A stretch of 64,000 bases of DNA from Balanoglossus misakiensis (taxonomy: Eukaryota > Animalia > Hemichordata), in assembly GCA_040954595.2 (NCBI GenBank), contig CM082598.2, forward strand, positions 4,727,097 to 4,791,096, written 5' to 3'. Below, in pieces: positions 37,701-50,997 of this stretch (its first letter is position 1; every line of letters starts with the position of its first letter). The notes under the pieces were generated by a model that was not told the DNA's origin, did not search any database, and saw nothing but the letters and a program-made list of their open reading frames with translations. The translations under genes and the position numbers were made by a program.

Positions 37701-40700
37701 TAGAGTGTCAAGTCCCTTAAAATACGCATTTGTCACTTTTTCTTCTAAGACATATTTTGACTGTCTTGACATGGCTCTCATACGTACTTAGACACACTTG
37801 GCAGTCTGAGCCCCCCCTGTAAAATGTACCAAATCGCACTGGTTTGTACTGTATTGGTCTGAGGGTCTTGTATAGGCCCTACTGATTAACACACACTTGG
37901 CAGTCTAACAGGCCTGGAAGCCAGGATTCTAGGCACCCTGGAAATCAAGCCAGTTTTAAAGGTATACGGTCACCTCCAATTTACATACGCCCATATATGG
38001 CAGGAACGGCATATTTGAGTGTTCTAAAGAACGTATGGCGGCGCTCTTTTTTTCACGTGTGCCACCCACTGAACATCATTCTGTGATTGGCTAGATCTCA
38101 GTTTGCCATGGTAACTCTGGCTATATTTGCATAGGTGACCGTATACCTTTAACTGACTTGGCAGTGTCTTTCAAGCATCATGATGACAGTTCAGCAAAAA
38201 CATGTTCAGTGTTCTATCTTTACGCGATAAACTGATCTAAGCTATCCGCAGGGCACCGATGTCAATAATTTATGAAACATAATCTCATCATAGGTTCATA
38301 TGACAAGCAGTTCAACCATGTAAATGTTTATGTTCTTGCTTTACTGATTATCAAATGTTTGATCGTGTGCTTTGTCTGGTGATTTGAGTCACGGCCTCAC
38401 AGCTGAAAATATTAATGTTACATTATTATCTGTCGAGATTTTTCACATACATCTGTTCAGGATGTTCACGGAATTGAATTTTAGTTCAAATGCACAAAGG
38501 AAGGAAAACTAACCAGAATACAAAAAATGCTCAATCGAATAAAGGACGGAACGGTTTCATGAATAATTAAAAAGACATAAAAAATGGACAATGTCCATCC
38601 AATTCTTTTTAAAGTTATAAATGGGTTCTTATGATGTGCATATTTGGAGAAATGGTCTACTGCACAATTTTCTCTCATTTTCACTACAATACAACAGAAA
38701 TAGGAAAAGGTCATGGAATGACCATAGAATATGATTTCCTTGTACAGATGCACACTATCAAAAAGGCATTCATACATCCTGATATATACGACATCCTGTC
38801 ACTGACAGAGTGGAAGGCCTATACAAAGTCAAGGCGACTCATCATTCGGATTCATTCCTGGGTAAGGAAGCAATGAGAAGTAGAGTGCTAATGTTCCAAG
38901 CAAGTTGTGTTTTCCCTAGTAAATGTTACTGGGGTTCCCAAGTCATTTTACCAGGGATCTCATTTATATATGACAAAGTCTCTCTCTTGCTGCCCTTTAT
39001 CCATTAATTATGTTTGATACAAGACACCGTTCATGTTATTCTACGTGGATATGTAGTGAATCAATGTTCGTACACACACAACTTCCATCCCACTTGTAGA
39101 CACGAGAGTGAAAAACTCGCCAAAATGAATAATCGGTCTCTACTATTTATTCATTTTGGGGAGATTTTTCCTCTCATAACCCTTTAACATATGAATGGTA
39201 CTGTGGTTCCAAAAAAACTTCTACCAAAGTTCCCCAACCTTATCAAAACCACTGTCCGGGACATGTCATGCAAGACCGAGCCAGTAATCTGAAATTCACT
39301 ATCCTAGTGGTGAGATCTGAAGATTAACTAGTACAATTGTACTGCACCATCAATGCCTTGACATACATTCTTCAGATACCACTCGCATTTGTAGATCGTG
39401 ACCTGACAGTGACCTTGACACTGATCCCTCCGAGTCAATGTCATCTAAACAAAACACCCACCAGCACTTGGCACTTGATACCAGCTTTGACTCCATAAAG
39501 TTGATATCTGAGAAAACACACGGTCTATTTAAACTTTTTACGGTGTAACTTACAAAGCTATCAACGGGATGATAAACAAAACTACCCACATAAGGCATTA
39601 GAGTCATCTTCACATTAAAGGGACAAAGTGTCTCTCTCTCTGCCCCTTTTCCATTAATTATGTTTGATACAAGACACAGCTTATGTTATTGTACATGTGG
39701 ATATATAGTGAATCAACGTTCATCCACACAACTTCCATCTCGTTTGTAGGATATGAGTGTAAAAATCTTGCCAATATGAATAAATGGTAAATACCGATAA
39801 TTCATTTTGGCGAGTTTTTATCTGATGTTACCTTACCTCTGGATTGTCAACTGCTATTGTTTCATTAAGTTCTGTGTTCACTTTGACTTCTTCATCGCTC
39901 TCAGCTAGCATGCTCTGTAGACAAAAGATAAGGAGAAGATTGAAATATGTTATTGAATAAAAATGTGTTAAAAGTGACAACTATTGGGTCTTTTAAAGGC
40001 AATAGATCGTCTCACGCACATGCGCGTAACTTCCATTCAAATAGTGGACTGCCTTCGCTTCCTTCCATATTTCATGCGCACCGTATAAGTAGATTCTGGT
40101 TTTGTCCCTCCTTTTCACCTAAGCTAGTGTCTTTTCCCGATCTCCGACACAGATTATGGTCGCCGCCATCTTGTCTGTTGTTAGGACAGAGCACTGCCTT
40201 ATGGGATTGACTGTTCATTAAACGTCTGTAACCAGCGGCTACAGCTGGAACATGCGTGTGAGACGAGCTAGGCGCTTTAAATTCAGACTGACAGTAGTGC
40301 AAATGAAAGAACCTGGATTTGTCACTTGATATGTTGAAATGTAAAAATAGACACATCATATTCGTTTGTCGGATCAGATTTTAAGAGTGCAGTCTCTCTA
40401 TACTATAAACCAAGCAGACAATATTCAGAGTATATTGACCCCTACTCTTCAGTCAGACTTACAAGGAAATTTCACTGCAAACGATTTCTCAAGAACTGTT
40501 GTTTCATGCAGGCATAATGCAAATATGATGACTCTTCAAAACCCAAGACCTGTCCTGGCTAAAGGTCATTTTGACATCAACAATGGTCAAGTTTAACTTA
40601 AAGACAGATGGGACCACACGCTGTGGTCTCAAGTACTCCTGGAGTTTCAGGTTGCCGTGGTAATGGGGCAAACAAAACAAACACAGTCTGCTGATGTGTT

Positions 40701-43700
40701 GCAGATACAAGATATCCTTAATTATGGGCAACAAGACATATCCCAAACTAGGTCAGTTGTAGTTCTAAATTTCTCTTCACTTTTCATGACCCAAGAGAAC
40801 AAATGATTCCAATATGGAAAATTAACCTGCTCAATTTTCAATCAAACTATGCCCTCTATGGTCAAATTGGCCAAATGACATTGGAACAACAATGTTTTGA
40901 TACTGTAAAACACTTTATTTTCGCGAGCGATAAATTTTCGCGAAATACGCGAGAGCCAAAATGGCGTGAAAATAAAAAGTTGCGTAAATGTTTTTGACGA
41001 TATTACGATGCAGTGAATGAAATAAGAGAATGCGAAAATTAATACTCGCGAAACAGTGGCCTCTCTCGATATCGCGAAAATTTTAACTCACGAAAAATAG
41101 AGTGTTTTACAGTATTTTCAATGTATCTGAAATTCTTTGCTTCAGATTTGGTTTGTTATAACACTGCCAGTTACAACACGCACACAAATCCATCAAAGGT
41201 TTTGTTTTGTTATGAACAGAACGAGAAATCGCTTCTTTGATTTGGAATGAATGAGTGTGTCACAGCGTAAAGGATGGCAAGCGATTGGAATATTGGATTC
41301 CTCTTTTAACCCTTTCACCACCATGGTTCGACCCAAATCCATTGTTGTAATGGTAAAGCCGGACCTCTATAGAGGCAACGGGGGTGAAAGGGTTAATGTG
41401 ATGGCGATGACGCAAGCTATACAGAGGAATTCCACAATACGTCATTGAAAGTATGAAGGCTGCATTATCAGCGATTTATTTGCCCTGAATTAAAATACAA
41501 TAGAATTTAGTAGGTGACAGGCCGACTTGCAGAGTGACGGGAAAGGACAAGTTTTAAGATATTGGATATGTTTGTCTCAACAGCTGTAGAATAAGACCAT
41601 TGCAGAATGAGTTTGCATGAATTCAGTCTGTTCTTTCACAGACTAACAAATGAACAGGTGTATATACAAAATCAATCAATACCGTGACGGGTATTGTAAA
41701 GTATTCATGGGAACATTCTCTTTCTCTTTAAAGGGACAAAGTCTCTCTCCCGCTAGCCTTTTTCTAACCACTATGTTATTGTACATGTGGATATGTAGTG
41801 AATCAACGTTCAACCACACACAACTTCCATCCCGTTTGTAGGATCATATGAGAGTAAAATTCTCGCCAAAATGAATAAATGGTAAACACCGATTATTTAT
41901 TTTGGCATGTTGTTTACTATCGTGTCTATAACTAAGAGTTGTGTGTTGTCGAACATTGATTTACTATATATATCCACATGAAGAATAACATAAACAGTGT
42001 CTTGTATCAAATTATTAATGGAAAAGCTAGGGGCAGCGAGAGAGAGAGCTTTGTCCCTTTAATATACAGCTCTCAGCATTATGGTTGAGTGGCTCGTAAC
42101 ACTGCACTCACTATCAGCAGACAGGTGGGCTCACAAAACCTGCTGCTCATGGGTGCATGATGACAGCGATTTGTCTTGTGGCAATGCTCAGTTATATACT
42201 TGACAGGTACCCTGGTGGTCGAACACAGATCGCCCTGCACTGGTGGCTACGTAAAATACATGCTTCAGGCATCGGTTAAACGGTCCAATGACTACGAATA
42301 AGGGGTAATTGTGAAGTACTTGTTTGAGCACATGCAAAGGATTTTGACAGCTTACCTGAAAACCTGTTCCAATAAAAATGATTTTATTTTATTTTGAAAT
42401 CTAAAAAGTACTTTTGCTAAATAAATAACTCATATGTTTGCTTTTGATAGCATTCTGTTCAACAAATCAGGAATGTTAATTTCAGGCATTTATTTCATAT
42501 TTAGTTTATGCAAAGAACAATTTTAAAGATGGATATTTTAGGTTATTTCTTTTTGAGGACTAACTTAGACACTCCTACTTACTAGCAGTTTGTTGCATTG
42601 TAAGTTTTATTTTTCTGTAAGAAAGCAAACATTTTTATCAAATAACTAGTAAAAGCAAATATTTCAAATAAGAAATACAAATTTGTTCAAGTGTCTGGCT
42701 ACTGTGAGAAGTTTACAAACAGCTCTACTATACAAACTAGGGTTTGGTCGAATATGCATCACACCTATTGTTTACTTTTTTCTGGAATGCTCCGGGCAAA
42801 AGTCAAGTAGCTTTTACGAAATTGTGGCTTGCGAAGTACCCTGGCCTTCCGATTTTCACAGAAGAAAAGTAAATATTTTCAAGTCCTTCACAGGTTAACC
42901 AGCAGACAGTGTTGGTGAGTTTACCTGGTCTGTCAGTCAATGCAAATACAATGCACCATTCAGATTGTCAGTCGTGACCTATGACCTTGGAAGTTGTCAT
43001 GGCAACACTGAAATCGTTCGGTGATTATACCCGGCTTTTCCGCAAGTTTGTGAAGGCTTGAAGCTCATAAAGGTCGACTATTTTTGGGCTCTATAATTGA
43101 ACATTCATGATACGTGACATTTTCTGTCGACACAATTTTATTTATAGAAATGATTCAAATATAAACACTTGCGAGTTTACGATTTCAATTATACTTCTGT
43201 TTTCTTTGAAAATTTTGTCAGTTTTTGTGTAAAGACAAACTGAAACGGATTGTAATGTCTGATAAGGGTTTAGCGTTCGCGGAATTACACCTGGATCTCA
43301 GTTCACAGAGGTCACATTCCAGGGGGATTGTGTAATGATTATCAACAAACGTCCACAGTAACCTGCAAGTCGATCCACTTCAAGACCGACGGCACCGTGT
43401 AAATCTGAGAGGTGACGTTGCCGAAGGTCATGGGTCTCTGTGACAGATTAAAGCATGTGGCAAGGTTTTCACCACAAAACAGTTTCATCACAATGAAAGG
43501 AATAAATTCTCGCGTCTGACTTCAATAATGGTGGCAGAATGCCAGAATAAGGGAAGTTAACCCTGTCTGTTTGCAAACCATTATACTCTTCTTATAGTTG
43601 GGTCGATCAGTACACTGGACCACTGTCCATGGAAGTTGTACAGTATCTTTGCCCACTGAATCAATCCAGCTTCAGACTGTCTTAACAACATACTGCATGT

Positions 43701-46700
43701 GTAAATCTAATGTCATAATTTGACACTGTCGGTGGTTTTTGCTATGGTTGGGTAACATTACTAAATGATTTGGGAAGGCATATGTTTAACATGTCTCCAA
43801 TCATTAAAGTGACAAAGTCTCTCTCTCGCTCTCCTTTTTTCATTAATCATGTTTGATACAAGACACAATTTATTTTATTATACATTATTACTGTTTGATA
43901 AAGGGCTTGATATTAAAATCAATATCAGTTTCCATCGACATGAATTTATAAGTATTAAACTATGGTATTCTTTTTACTTGAAATCACCAATCATTTTTGC
44001 TGAAACTCGAGACGTGATTTAAGCCAACCAAGAATTTGTTTCTAGTTTTGTCTCAGCAGAACATTAGAATATGGTTCACCTAACATGTACAGGTGTTGAA
44101 TTGCGTGGCTACAGTGAAAGCAGATGTGAACAACCACCCTGGTATGTCGCGATATCATCTACGCGCATTCCTTTTATTGTTCACGAACACGGCAAGCTGA
44201 TGTTTTCGTCTGAAAGGCTGTTCAATATATCTTGTACTAAAGAGTAAGATACAAATTTCTGGGAACAAAAACCCAACAATCCTAAAATGGAAGTACTGTA
44301 AAACACTTTATTTTCGCGAGTTGAAATTTTTCTCGATATCGAGAGAGGCCACTGTTTCGCGAGTATTAATTTTCACGCTCTCTTATTGCATTCACTGCAT
44401 CGTTATCTTCAAAAAAGAATTTACGCGACTTTTTATTTTCACCCTATTTTGGCTCTCGCGTATTTTGCGAAAATTTATTCCTCGTGAAAATAAAATGTTT
44501 TACAGTATATACTGGTTTTAGCAACTAGTGTTAGGGTTGTCATGGCAATCAACATTTTTAAGTTCGCTACTTTTAAGACTAAGAGTATACGTTTAGTTGA
44601 GGAACAAATAGATAAATTTGATTTATTTGAATGTTACGGTTGAAAACTAGAGCCAAGTGCTTAGAACAACTTGTCATGCCAAAACTACGACACATCAGCA
44701 AATTTTGGTTGTAGCAGTCAATTGTTGTGAGAATGACTAGTCTTGACTGAGGTGTGCTGCCAGGGTTGTGACCTCTGACCTCTGCGTGTTCATCTTACTC
44801 CCATGGGGCAACTCATCATCTCGAAGCCGTGATGGAGGTCAGGAGATCCCCTGATCCGAAGAAGAGATATACCGTTGTTGGAAATCGAATATTTCACATT
44901 AAAATGCCCGGAGTACTTCTCCGAGAGATGTTTTAATTTGTACCGAAACTGAGACGTTTGTTAGCTTTGCAAATCATTCATTCAATCATGTGTTCAGAAT
45001 CAGAAATTATTGATTATCAAACATGCCAAGACAAATTTCCTTACAGTACATCACTTGTTGGACAAAGACCCCACCATCTCTAACTTTTGCTTACTTATAG
45101 TTGTTCAGTATCATTTCTTGTTCTACTACATATAAAGAATTGCTCAGTATTCGAATTTCAGATGAAAATATATTGCGCTGCATTTTAACAGAGAAAATGT
45201 GACGTTGAAAAGTTCATAAAGTAAACAATTACAGTACACTTTCACCTTGTATACAGACTATTAAGCCAGGCTGTTTCGATGTCAAACGCTCAGCACAGAA
45301 ATGTGGGGAAAATTTCTGTGGCACATGAGAGATTACGGATGGTGTTTTATAAACAACTTGTGATTAACTGTGTGAAATGTCAATACTGTTTGTTCATCAT
45401 GATCTTGGTTGAAACTGTGTGGTCTTGATGACAAATATGGCATTTCACCTAGTGGGCTGTGGGATTATATACTCAGTTTATTTCGATGCCTGAGCTCTGC
45501 TTTGACAATCAAACAGAATTTTCTTGCTTCTGCCAAACACATCAGGACACTGAAGGCTGTTTATGTTTGCAGAATCACCTGCTGGTCTAGTAGCAGTGAA
45601 TTCACAGAAAAACTGAGTATACATGCTTCTATCGCTATGTCAAAGGCATGGGAAAAGGTGTTTAATATAGACAGGTTTCCAGATTAGACAGGGTTTAGAC
45701 ATGTTTACTGTACACAGCAATTTCAGACCAAGAAATTTCAGTAGCTATGTAGAACGAAAAACAGGTGCTGAAGAAATCTCGGTCAGTAGAATCAATGGTC
45801 TTGATTTTCAAGTGAACAATAAATCAAAACGAAATGAACCCTTGTTCCTGACACTTGAGATCTCATTACTTCTTCACTTTGAAGGACATACTTGAGACTT
45901 GCTTAGCAAAAAATACAATGAAAAAATATATCATCAGGCAACATTTGATCTTCAATGATGCTAAATAAATGTTTCGATGCGTTACAAGAAGTACTTATTA
46001 GATGCATGTTTCAATGTTCATTGCTAAAGTCTGGTATCTGAACTTAAGTGAGCCAATTGCTGTTTACTGTAGCTGAGTTTTAGTCTAGATATTACTATTA
46101 CTAAAATGGTTTTAATACAGTCACCTCCACTTTACATGGGCCCATGTATGGCTGAAATGACATTTTAAAGAGCATATGGTGGCGCTCTTTTTTCGCGTGT
46201 GCCACCCACTGAAAATCTGTGATTGGCTAGATCTCAATTTGCCATGATAACTATAGCTAATTTTCCATAGGTGACTGTATACCTTTAATCAACACAGACA
46301 GGTACCATAGTTACCACATACTGTCAGTAGCTGTGATTTAGTTTCACCCTAACTGTTGTAGGAGGGGTAGAACAGTTATCTGATTACTGTCTGCAGTTAA
46401 AAGACACTATTACGTAATGTTTGTTTAGCAAATGGGTGACAAATACTTGAAAGTGATGGGGCTGGCTGCATTCTGTTATGCTTGAATGGTTTCCTGAAGC
46501 AACTGCAAGACTACACTTTGAAAGTTTCGAACTCCTACAAGCTGAAAGATTTCACTTTAAAAGTTTGATGGGTGAATCATGGGCATGATGAACTTTTTGT
46601 TTGCCAGTACATACTGCCCCTTGTCTTGTTTTGAGTCAAGTTTCCTTTCCAACCACGCCTGTCTGGATTTCAATCTTTAAGGGACAAAGTCTCTCTCTCT

Positions 46701-49700
46701 CGCTGCCCTTTCCCCACAACGAGAGTGCAAAACTCGCCAAAATGCCAAAATGAATAAATCGTTCTCTACCATTTTAATATTCATGTTAGCGAGATTTTTA
46801 CTCTCATATCCTACAAACGGGATGGAAGTTGTGTGTGTTTTTGAACATTGATTCACTATATATCCACACGTACATTAATATAAATGGTGTCTTGCATAAA
46901 CATAATTAATGGGGAAGGGGCAGCAAGAGAGAGACTTTGTCCCTTCAATATATTCATTACAAACACTGGGAATCTTTTTGTAAAAATATTATCCACCCTG
47001 CAATCGCTAGATTATTATGAAATCATATTGGTTGCCTGTATTGATTTAAAGAAAAACATTTTATGCCACAAAATGTTTAAAAATCAATTTGGGATTATCT
47101 GTCTACCAACACCATGACAACCAACATAGTGGCTACCACTGCCATGGCAACCACCCCAACCCCCTGCCTCGCTTGTTTCGACTGATATTTGGTGTGACAG
47201 CATTTGAAATCAGGCCAGAAACCAGCATGAGTCAGCAAAGAGCAAAGTCCTCACATTTTTGTGGTTTTCTGTGCCTTCCTGATAAAGCCAGATTTTTAAT
47301 ATAATAGAATGTGCCTCTAAAATCAAAGTCTTAAATATTTTGCTCAAGGCCACTCTAGAATATTCTCTCTTAAAACCTAGAATAAAAATCAGGGGGTCAA
47401 AGAGCAAAATTTTGAATGACAGAGCAAAATTTGTCTCAAATTTGAAATTCAAAATGGCCGCCAATCTCAGGTGAAATCTGACCCTACTTATTGTCATTTC
47501 TCCGCACTTCGGGGCAAAAGTCACCAACATTCCAATTCCAAAGCCTATACCATTACAAGGTTTATTCATAGGGGTACATTGCAATAAATTAGTTCCTGTA
47601 TTGCACTTTCATAATACATGTACTCAGTTACCAGAAGCAGTGTTTACAAGCAAAAAAAAAAAACTGACATAGAATTCCTGTTTTAATAAAATTTTTCATA
47701 TCATAAATGTTCCCCCATTCATCCCTACTGATCTGATAATGGAATCACCCATCCTGGTTTAAGACACTAGGGTCGAACCAAATCAAGTGGTAACAGGGTT
47801 AACCCATGGAAGTGTTTTCGCAGTAAGGATTATAGACTATTGTTAAGTTTGAAAAACCTCCTACTATGTGGGGCATTGCATTTCAACATTTAAACAAATT
47901 CCTAAGCTCCCGGGAATGAGAAGGATTTATTTTTCAAGGAGAGCACGCTAATTTTCAAACTGTTTTGTATCAAACACACTATGTCTGAACTTTATATTTA
48001 TTCATAATCAGAGATGACTAACTTCAGCCCCAGTTGCTGAATAAACGTCCCTCAAAATGATTCACAAAACATTCATTTTTACGGACAAAAAGCTAAATTT
48101 AGGAATTCACGTGAAGGTTTCTTTTACATAATAATCAGTCTGCCTTTGTTGACTACTGGGCGAAGGTGACACACTTAATTCACACACGCCCAAATTCCAA
48201 ACCGTACCTAACATGCTATGCCTATAAATAGGGATCTATTCTTTTTATACACCTCTCACTGAAATATTTCCTGAACAAAAATACAGCGTATTTCTCAAAT
48301 AACTAAATAAGGAATTCACCTTCTTATCCCTGATTTTCTTTTCTTTGCAATACAGTAAACGGGAAATTTTCACGAACGATAAATGTTCGCGAACTACGCG
48401 AGAGTCGCAAAAATGAGAAAATTATACATTGCATATTTTTTTCCCCGAGATAATGTTAGTGAAATACGAGATCACGAAAATTGTCATGTAACACTTTTGA
48501 TATCACAAAAATTTCCTGTTGCGAAAATTTCCCGTTTTACAGTATTTCTTACATTATCTGCGACTTAAATTATACTCTCTCTGATTTTTTCTACAGGGAT
48601 TTTAAAGCTTTGTTTATATATTTATTTCAATTCAACTATTCATTCCTGGCTGAAATAGGGCTTGATGATATAAACGTTTATGACAACTCTGTCAATTTCA
48701 CAATGTGAGTTATTTGTTTATATTGCCATGGTAACAAGAACCTGCATGTCTACGAAAGCAAGACTGGAATTTCTTTTGAAATGATTATTTATCAGTTTGG
48801 TGTGTCATCTTAAAACCCTAATTTAAATAATCTAATATGACACACCTGGTCACGTTTCAGGAAAAAAAAGTTTTAAAACTTGTGTTCATCATGACACAAA
48901 TATTGGACACAGTCAGAATCTTTGCATTTGGCAACAACAACTATCTGAACCAAATGGACGTTTTATCATCCAGTGAAAGGTAGCAGATTAGAGATCATTA
49001 GGTGACAAAGTTGCCAGACAGCATAATAAAGTTGGCCCATCATTGTTGCATCCAGGTTAGACAATGAGGTGTGAAACTCCATTCAATGGCCAGTTATAGC
49101 ACTTCCGTGTTTTTATATCCCCAGAGACGCGAAATAAAGTCAGATAAACGCTCACACAACTTGACGATAACCACCATAAAAACTCTACTTAATTACCTAA
49201 TAATTAAGGTGATTAAAGTATGATAATATATCAGTTAAGGGCCCTTGTTGCTGCCGTATAGTTGGGATATTTACACCACCGATTTGTTTGTTGACACTGT
49301 CAATATCACAGGACAAACACGGTCGTCCCGTTATGTTTAACCTTTTCTGCATCACTGACAGACGACAGCGCAACTTCACGCAAATAACTGACAAAAATTC
49401 CGAATTCACAGTCAACAGATAGCTAATTTCTCACGCCAATAAATCTTAGATGAGCCATTTGCTTACCCCGTCAAGTTTGATGATACCTGTCGCTCGCCGT
49501 TTCTCTCGAACGTTGCGCTTGTCTTGAGGTTTCGTGCTTCGCCCTTTCTTGTCCTTGAAACGACCGCTTTTCGCGCCCGAACTTGCACCCTTACCCGTCG
49601 CTGATGCCGTCTCCCCGGTCGCCCCGCCGTCGTTGGCTTCAAGTTCCTTCTTTTTCGCCTCTCGTTCCCGTCTCCTCCGGGCGACCCTTGATTCCGTGTT

Positions 49701-49712
49701 ATCGTCCGCCAT
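28631..49712 (-). CDS. PAWR: PRKC apoptosis WT1 regulator (Par-4)-like protein, 6 exons
   Basis: Exons 49712-49467, 39914-39837, 31137-31103, 30788-29756, 29349-29245 and 28726-28631 are phase-compatible. KPQDKRNVREKRRATGII matches the Par-4 SAC/NLS2 motif (EKRKLREKRRSTGVV). The C-terminal RERRETRRL...NLDVAEMEIERLREENDALVSAVTKL matches the Par-4 coiled coil/leucine zipper. The gene lies downstream of PPP1R12 as in vertebrates. Confidence 0.82.
28801..28980. repeat. (TATG)n microsatellite
   Basis: Long tatg run in the last PAWR intron. Confidence 0.95.
29245..29349 (-). CDS. PAWR: PAWR exon 5 (coiled coil)
   Basis: ttaacag|LYDRERRETRRLNRRHAEAEQTINRLQDDNEHLRK|gtacta. Confidence 0.85.
29756..30788 (-). 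CDS. PAWR: PAWR exon 4, large Ser/Pro-rich repeat exon
   Basis: Long open frame (ORF 29621-30754); acceptor ttaacag|; donor after ENYKK, aag|gtttgt. Confidence 0.8.
30310..30680 (-). repeat. Coding 30-bp minisatellite, about 12 copies
   Basis: ctatctctggatgactgccctagcaacggg, period 30; encodes SSRDSP(L/S)LGQ. Confidence 0.95.
31103..31137 (-). CDS. PAWR: PAWR exon 3 (35 nt)
   Basis: ttcttgcag|DSITESKRYGSR|gtaagt; supplies the phase 0-to-2 shift needed by the next exon. Confidence 0.75.
31249..31485. mobile_element. MITE family A, left-truncated copy
   Basis: Right end gtccct-ttaa. Confidence 0.8.
31918..32123. mobile_element. MITE family F (TA TSD, Tc1/mariner-like, ~200 bp)
   Basis: ta-cagtaaaacgg...ccgttttacag-ta; relatives at 40903-41112, 44296-44505 and 48353-48542. 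Confidence 0.75.
32355..32686. mobile_element. MITE family A copy
   Basis: ttaa-agggac...tttgtccc. Confidence 0.85.
35050..35283. mobile_element. MITE family E copy with 6-bp TSD
   Basis: AGCTTG at 35044-35049 and 35284-35289. Confidence 0.8.
37960..38148. mobile_element. MITE family B copy
   Basis: ttaa-aggtatacggtcacct...aggtgaccgtatacct-ttaa. Confidence 0.88.
38972..39183. mobile_element. MITE family A, partial copy
   Basis: Left arm and internal region. Confidence 0.75.
39619..39820. mobile_element. MITE family A, partial copy
   Basis: ttaa-agggacaaag start; truncated just before the PAWR exon 2 donor. Confidence 0.8.
39837..39914 (-). CDS. PAWR: PAWR exon 2
   Basis: ctacag|SMLAESDEEVKVNTELNETIAVDNPE|gtaagg; only phase 0 is open. 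Confidence 0.75.
39997..40276 (+). mobile_element. Family C, full copy
   Basis: TTAA at 39993 and 40277. Confidence 0.88.
40903..41112. mobile_element. MITE family F copy
   Basis: ta-ctgtaaaacact...agtgttttacag-ta. Confidence 0.85.
41310..41392. mobile_element. MITE family D, full copy
   Basis: ttaa-ccctttcacc...ggtgaaaggg-ttaa. Confidence 0.85.
41732..42058. mobile_element. MITE family A copy
   Basis: TTAA on both sides. Confidence 0.85.
44296..44505. mobile_element. MITE family F copy, inverted relative to the 40903 copy
   Basis: ta-ctgtaaaacac...tgttttacag-ta. Confidence 0.85.
46116..46284. mobile_element. MITE family B copy
   Basis: Ends ggtgactgtatacct-ttaa. Confidence 0.8.
46681..46944. 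mobile_element. MITE family A copy with internal deletion
   Basis: Both termini present. Confidence 0.8.
48353..48542. mobile_element. MITE family F-related copy
   Basis: ta-cagtaaacgggaaattttc...gaaaatttcccgttttacag-ta. Confidence 0.75.
49467..49712 (-). CDS. PAWR: PAWR first coding exon (82 codons, SAC-like motif)
   Basis: caagATGGCG start; MADDNTESRVARRRRERE...REKRRATGIIKLDG; donor ggg|gtaagc. Confidence 0.88.
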
Positions 49713-49949
49713 CTTGGGTATATACAAAACACTTCCCTAAAAAGTAAACTTGAATCGGAGTCCTGGACAAACTTTTTCACACACACTTTTAAAACATGTT
49801 CCAGAAGAAGAAACTGGTGGTTTTCGCTCTCCGTTTGTGGTCCTATTTCGTGAAAATCTCTTGAAAGTTTCAATGAATGATAGGAATGGAAGAAAACCCA
49901 GCTGCTCCGACCGACAAAGTTTGCTAGACACAAGTTGAGGGCACAAGTG

Positions 49950-50135
49950 CTCATTTGCATACCGCTTACACGCGCTGTAAAACTATAAATAGTACGCGGA
50001 AGGCAGCGTACGCGTCCGACGCGCAGTAGTCATCGCGCCCGCGCCTCGCCACCCACAACCAAAACAATTCAAACCACGACCACGCTTATATTTGGTCATT
50101 TACGACGGATTTTATACAAACAAGCGGAAGTTGTG
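49950..50135 (-). promoter_or_regulatory. Putative PAWR core promoter
   Basis: CpG-rich patch ~270 bp above the ATG; CTATTTATAG (TATA/MEF2-type) at 49983-49992; octamer at 49953-49960; ETS-type CGGAAGT at 50125. Confidence 0.55.
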
Positions 50136-50902
50136 TTGAATCATGAGATACGTATTTTATCTTATCACATTTTACGGTCAGTTACTCATGGTTCCGTGTT
50201 TTGCTAACACTGTGTTACGCGTTTATTTCGCACCGTGCACCGGAAAGAGTTTAAAGTCGTTTTTATTGATGAAACAAACACAACTGTTTCTCGGTATCAG
50301 AGCAGCCCATCCGTCTGTTTTTCACTTCTTTGTGTTTACATCGCATTAAAATCGTACATTATGACTCTCCACTGGGATTTCCGTTTGCGGGCATGGACGG
50401 ACTGTGATTTTAATTTTTACTGCACAAGTTGAACAAAGGAATTCTTTTTCACCTCTTTCGGCAAGCCTACATTCTGTCCTTAGTAGGTTTGTCAAGGAAA
50501 GTTAAAATATAAAATCCCATTTCGTTATTTCTGGAGTATGAAAATGACTGTGCGTCCCCAAGAGAATAGGATACGTCAAGCCCGTGACGTCATAACCATA
50601 GGCGATCCGGGATTGGCTGAAAGTTGTTCCTTAACACTTTAGCCACGTGGTGGCGCTGTTGCAAGTCTACACTGAGACGCTACGTCTTGACCTTGTCTTG
50701 ACCTGAAATTTACTATACCATACGTGTTTTCCTTGGGAATAAATATTTATTTAACTGTCCAAGCATCTGAATTCCTAGCTGACTCCTGTTTTTCCAACAA
50801 GATTGAAATATGTAACGTTTTCTTTCATACCAAGTCTAGTAACTTCAAAAGTTTTCTGTATTTTTATCTTTGAGTACTAATATCCAGTATTTTGTTATAA
50901 GG

Positions 50903-50997
50903 GGATACTTAACCCCTTTGTCCCCAGTTCCCTCTTTAGTGGTCCAGCCTTACCACAGAAAACAATGGGTTTGGACTGAACCATGGTGGTGAAAGGG
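50903..50997. mobile_element. MITE family D copy
   Basis: ttaa-cccctttg...ggtgaaaggg. Confidence 0.7.

Noticed and set aside
28631-49712. Treating this unit as alternative 3' exons of PPP1R12
   Set aside because: It has its own ATG exon and promoter-like region downstream of the PPP1R12 stop, and its motif spacing fits Par-4
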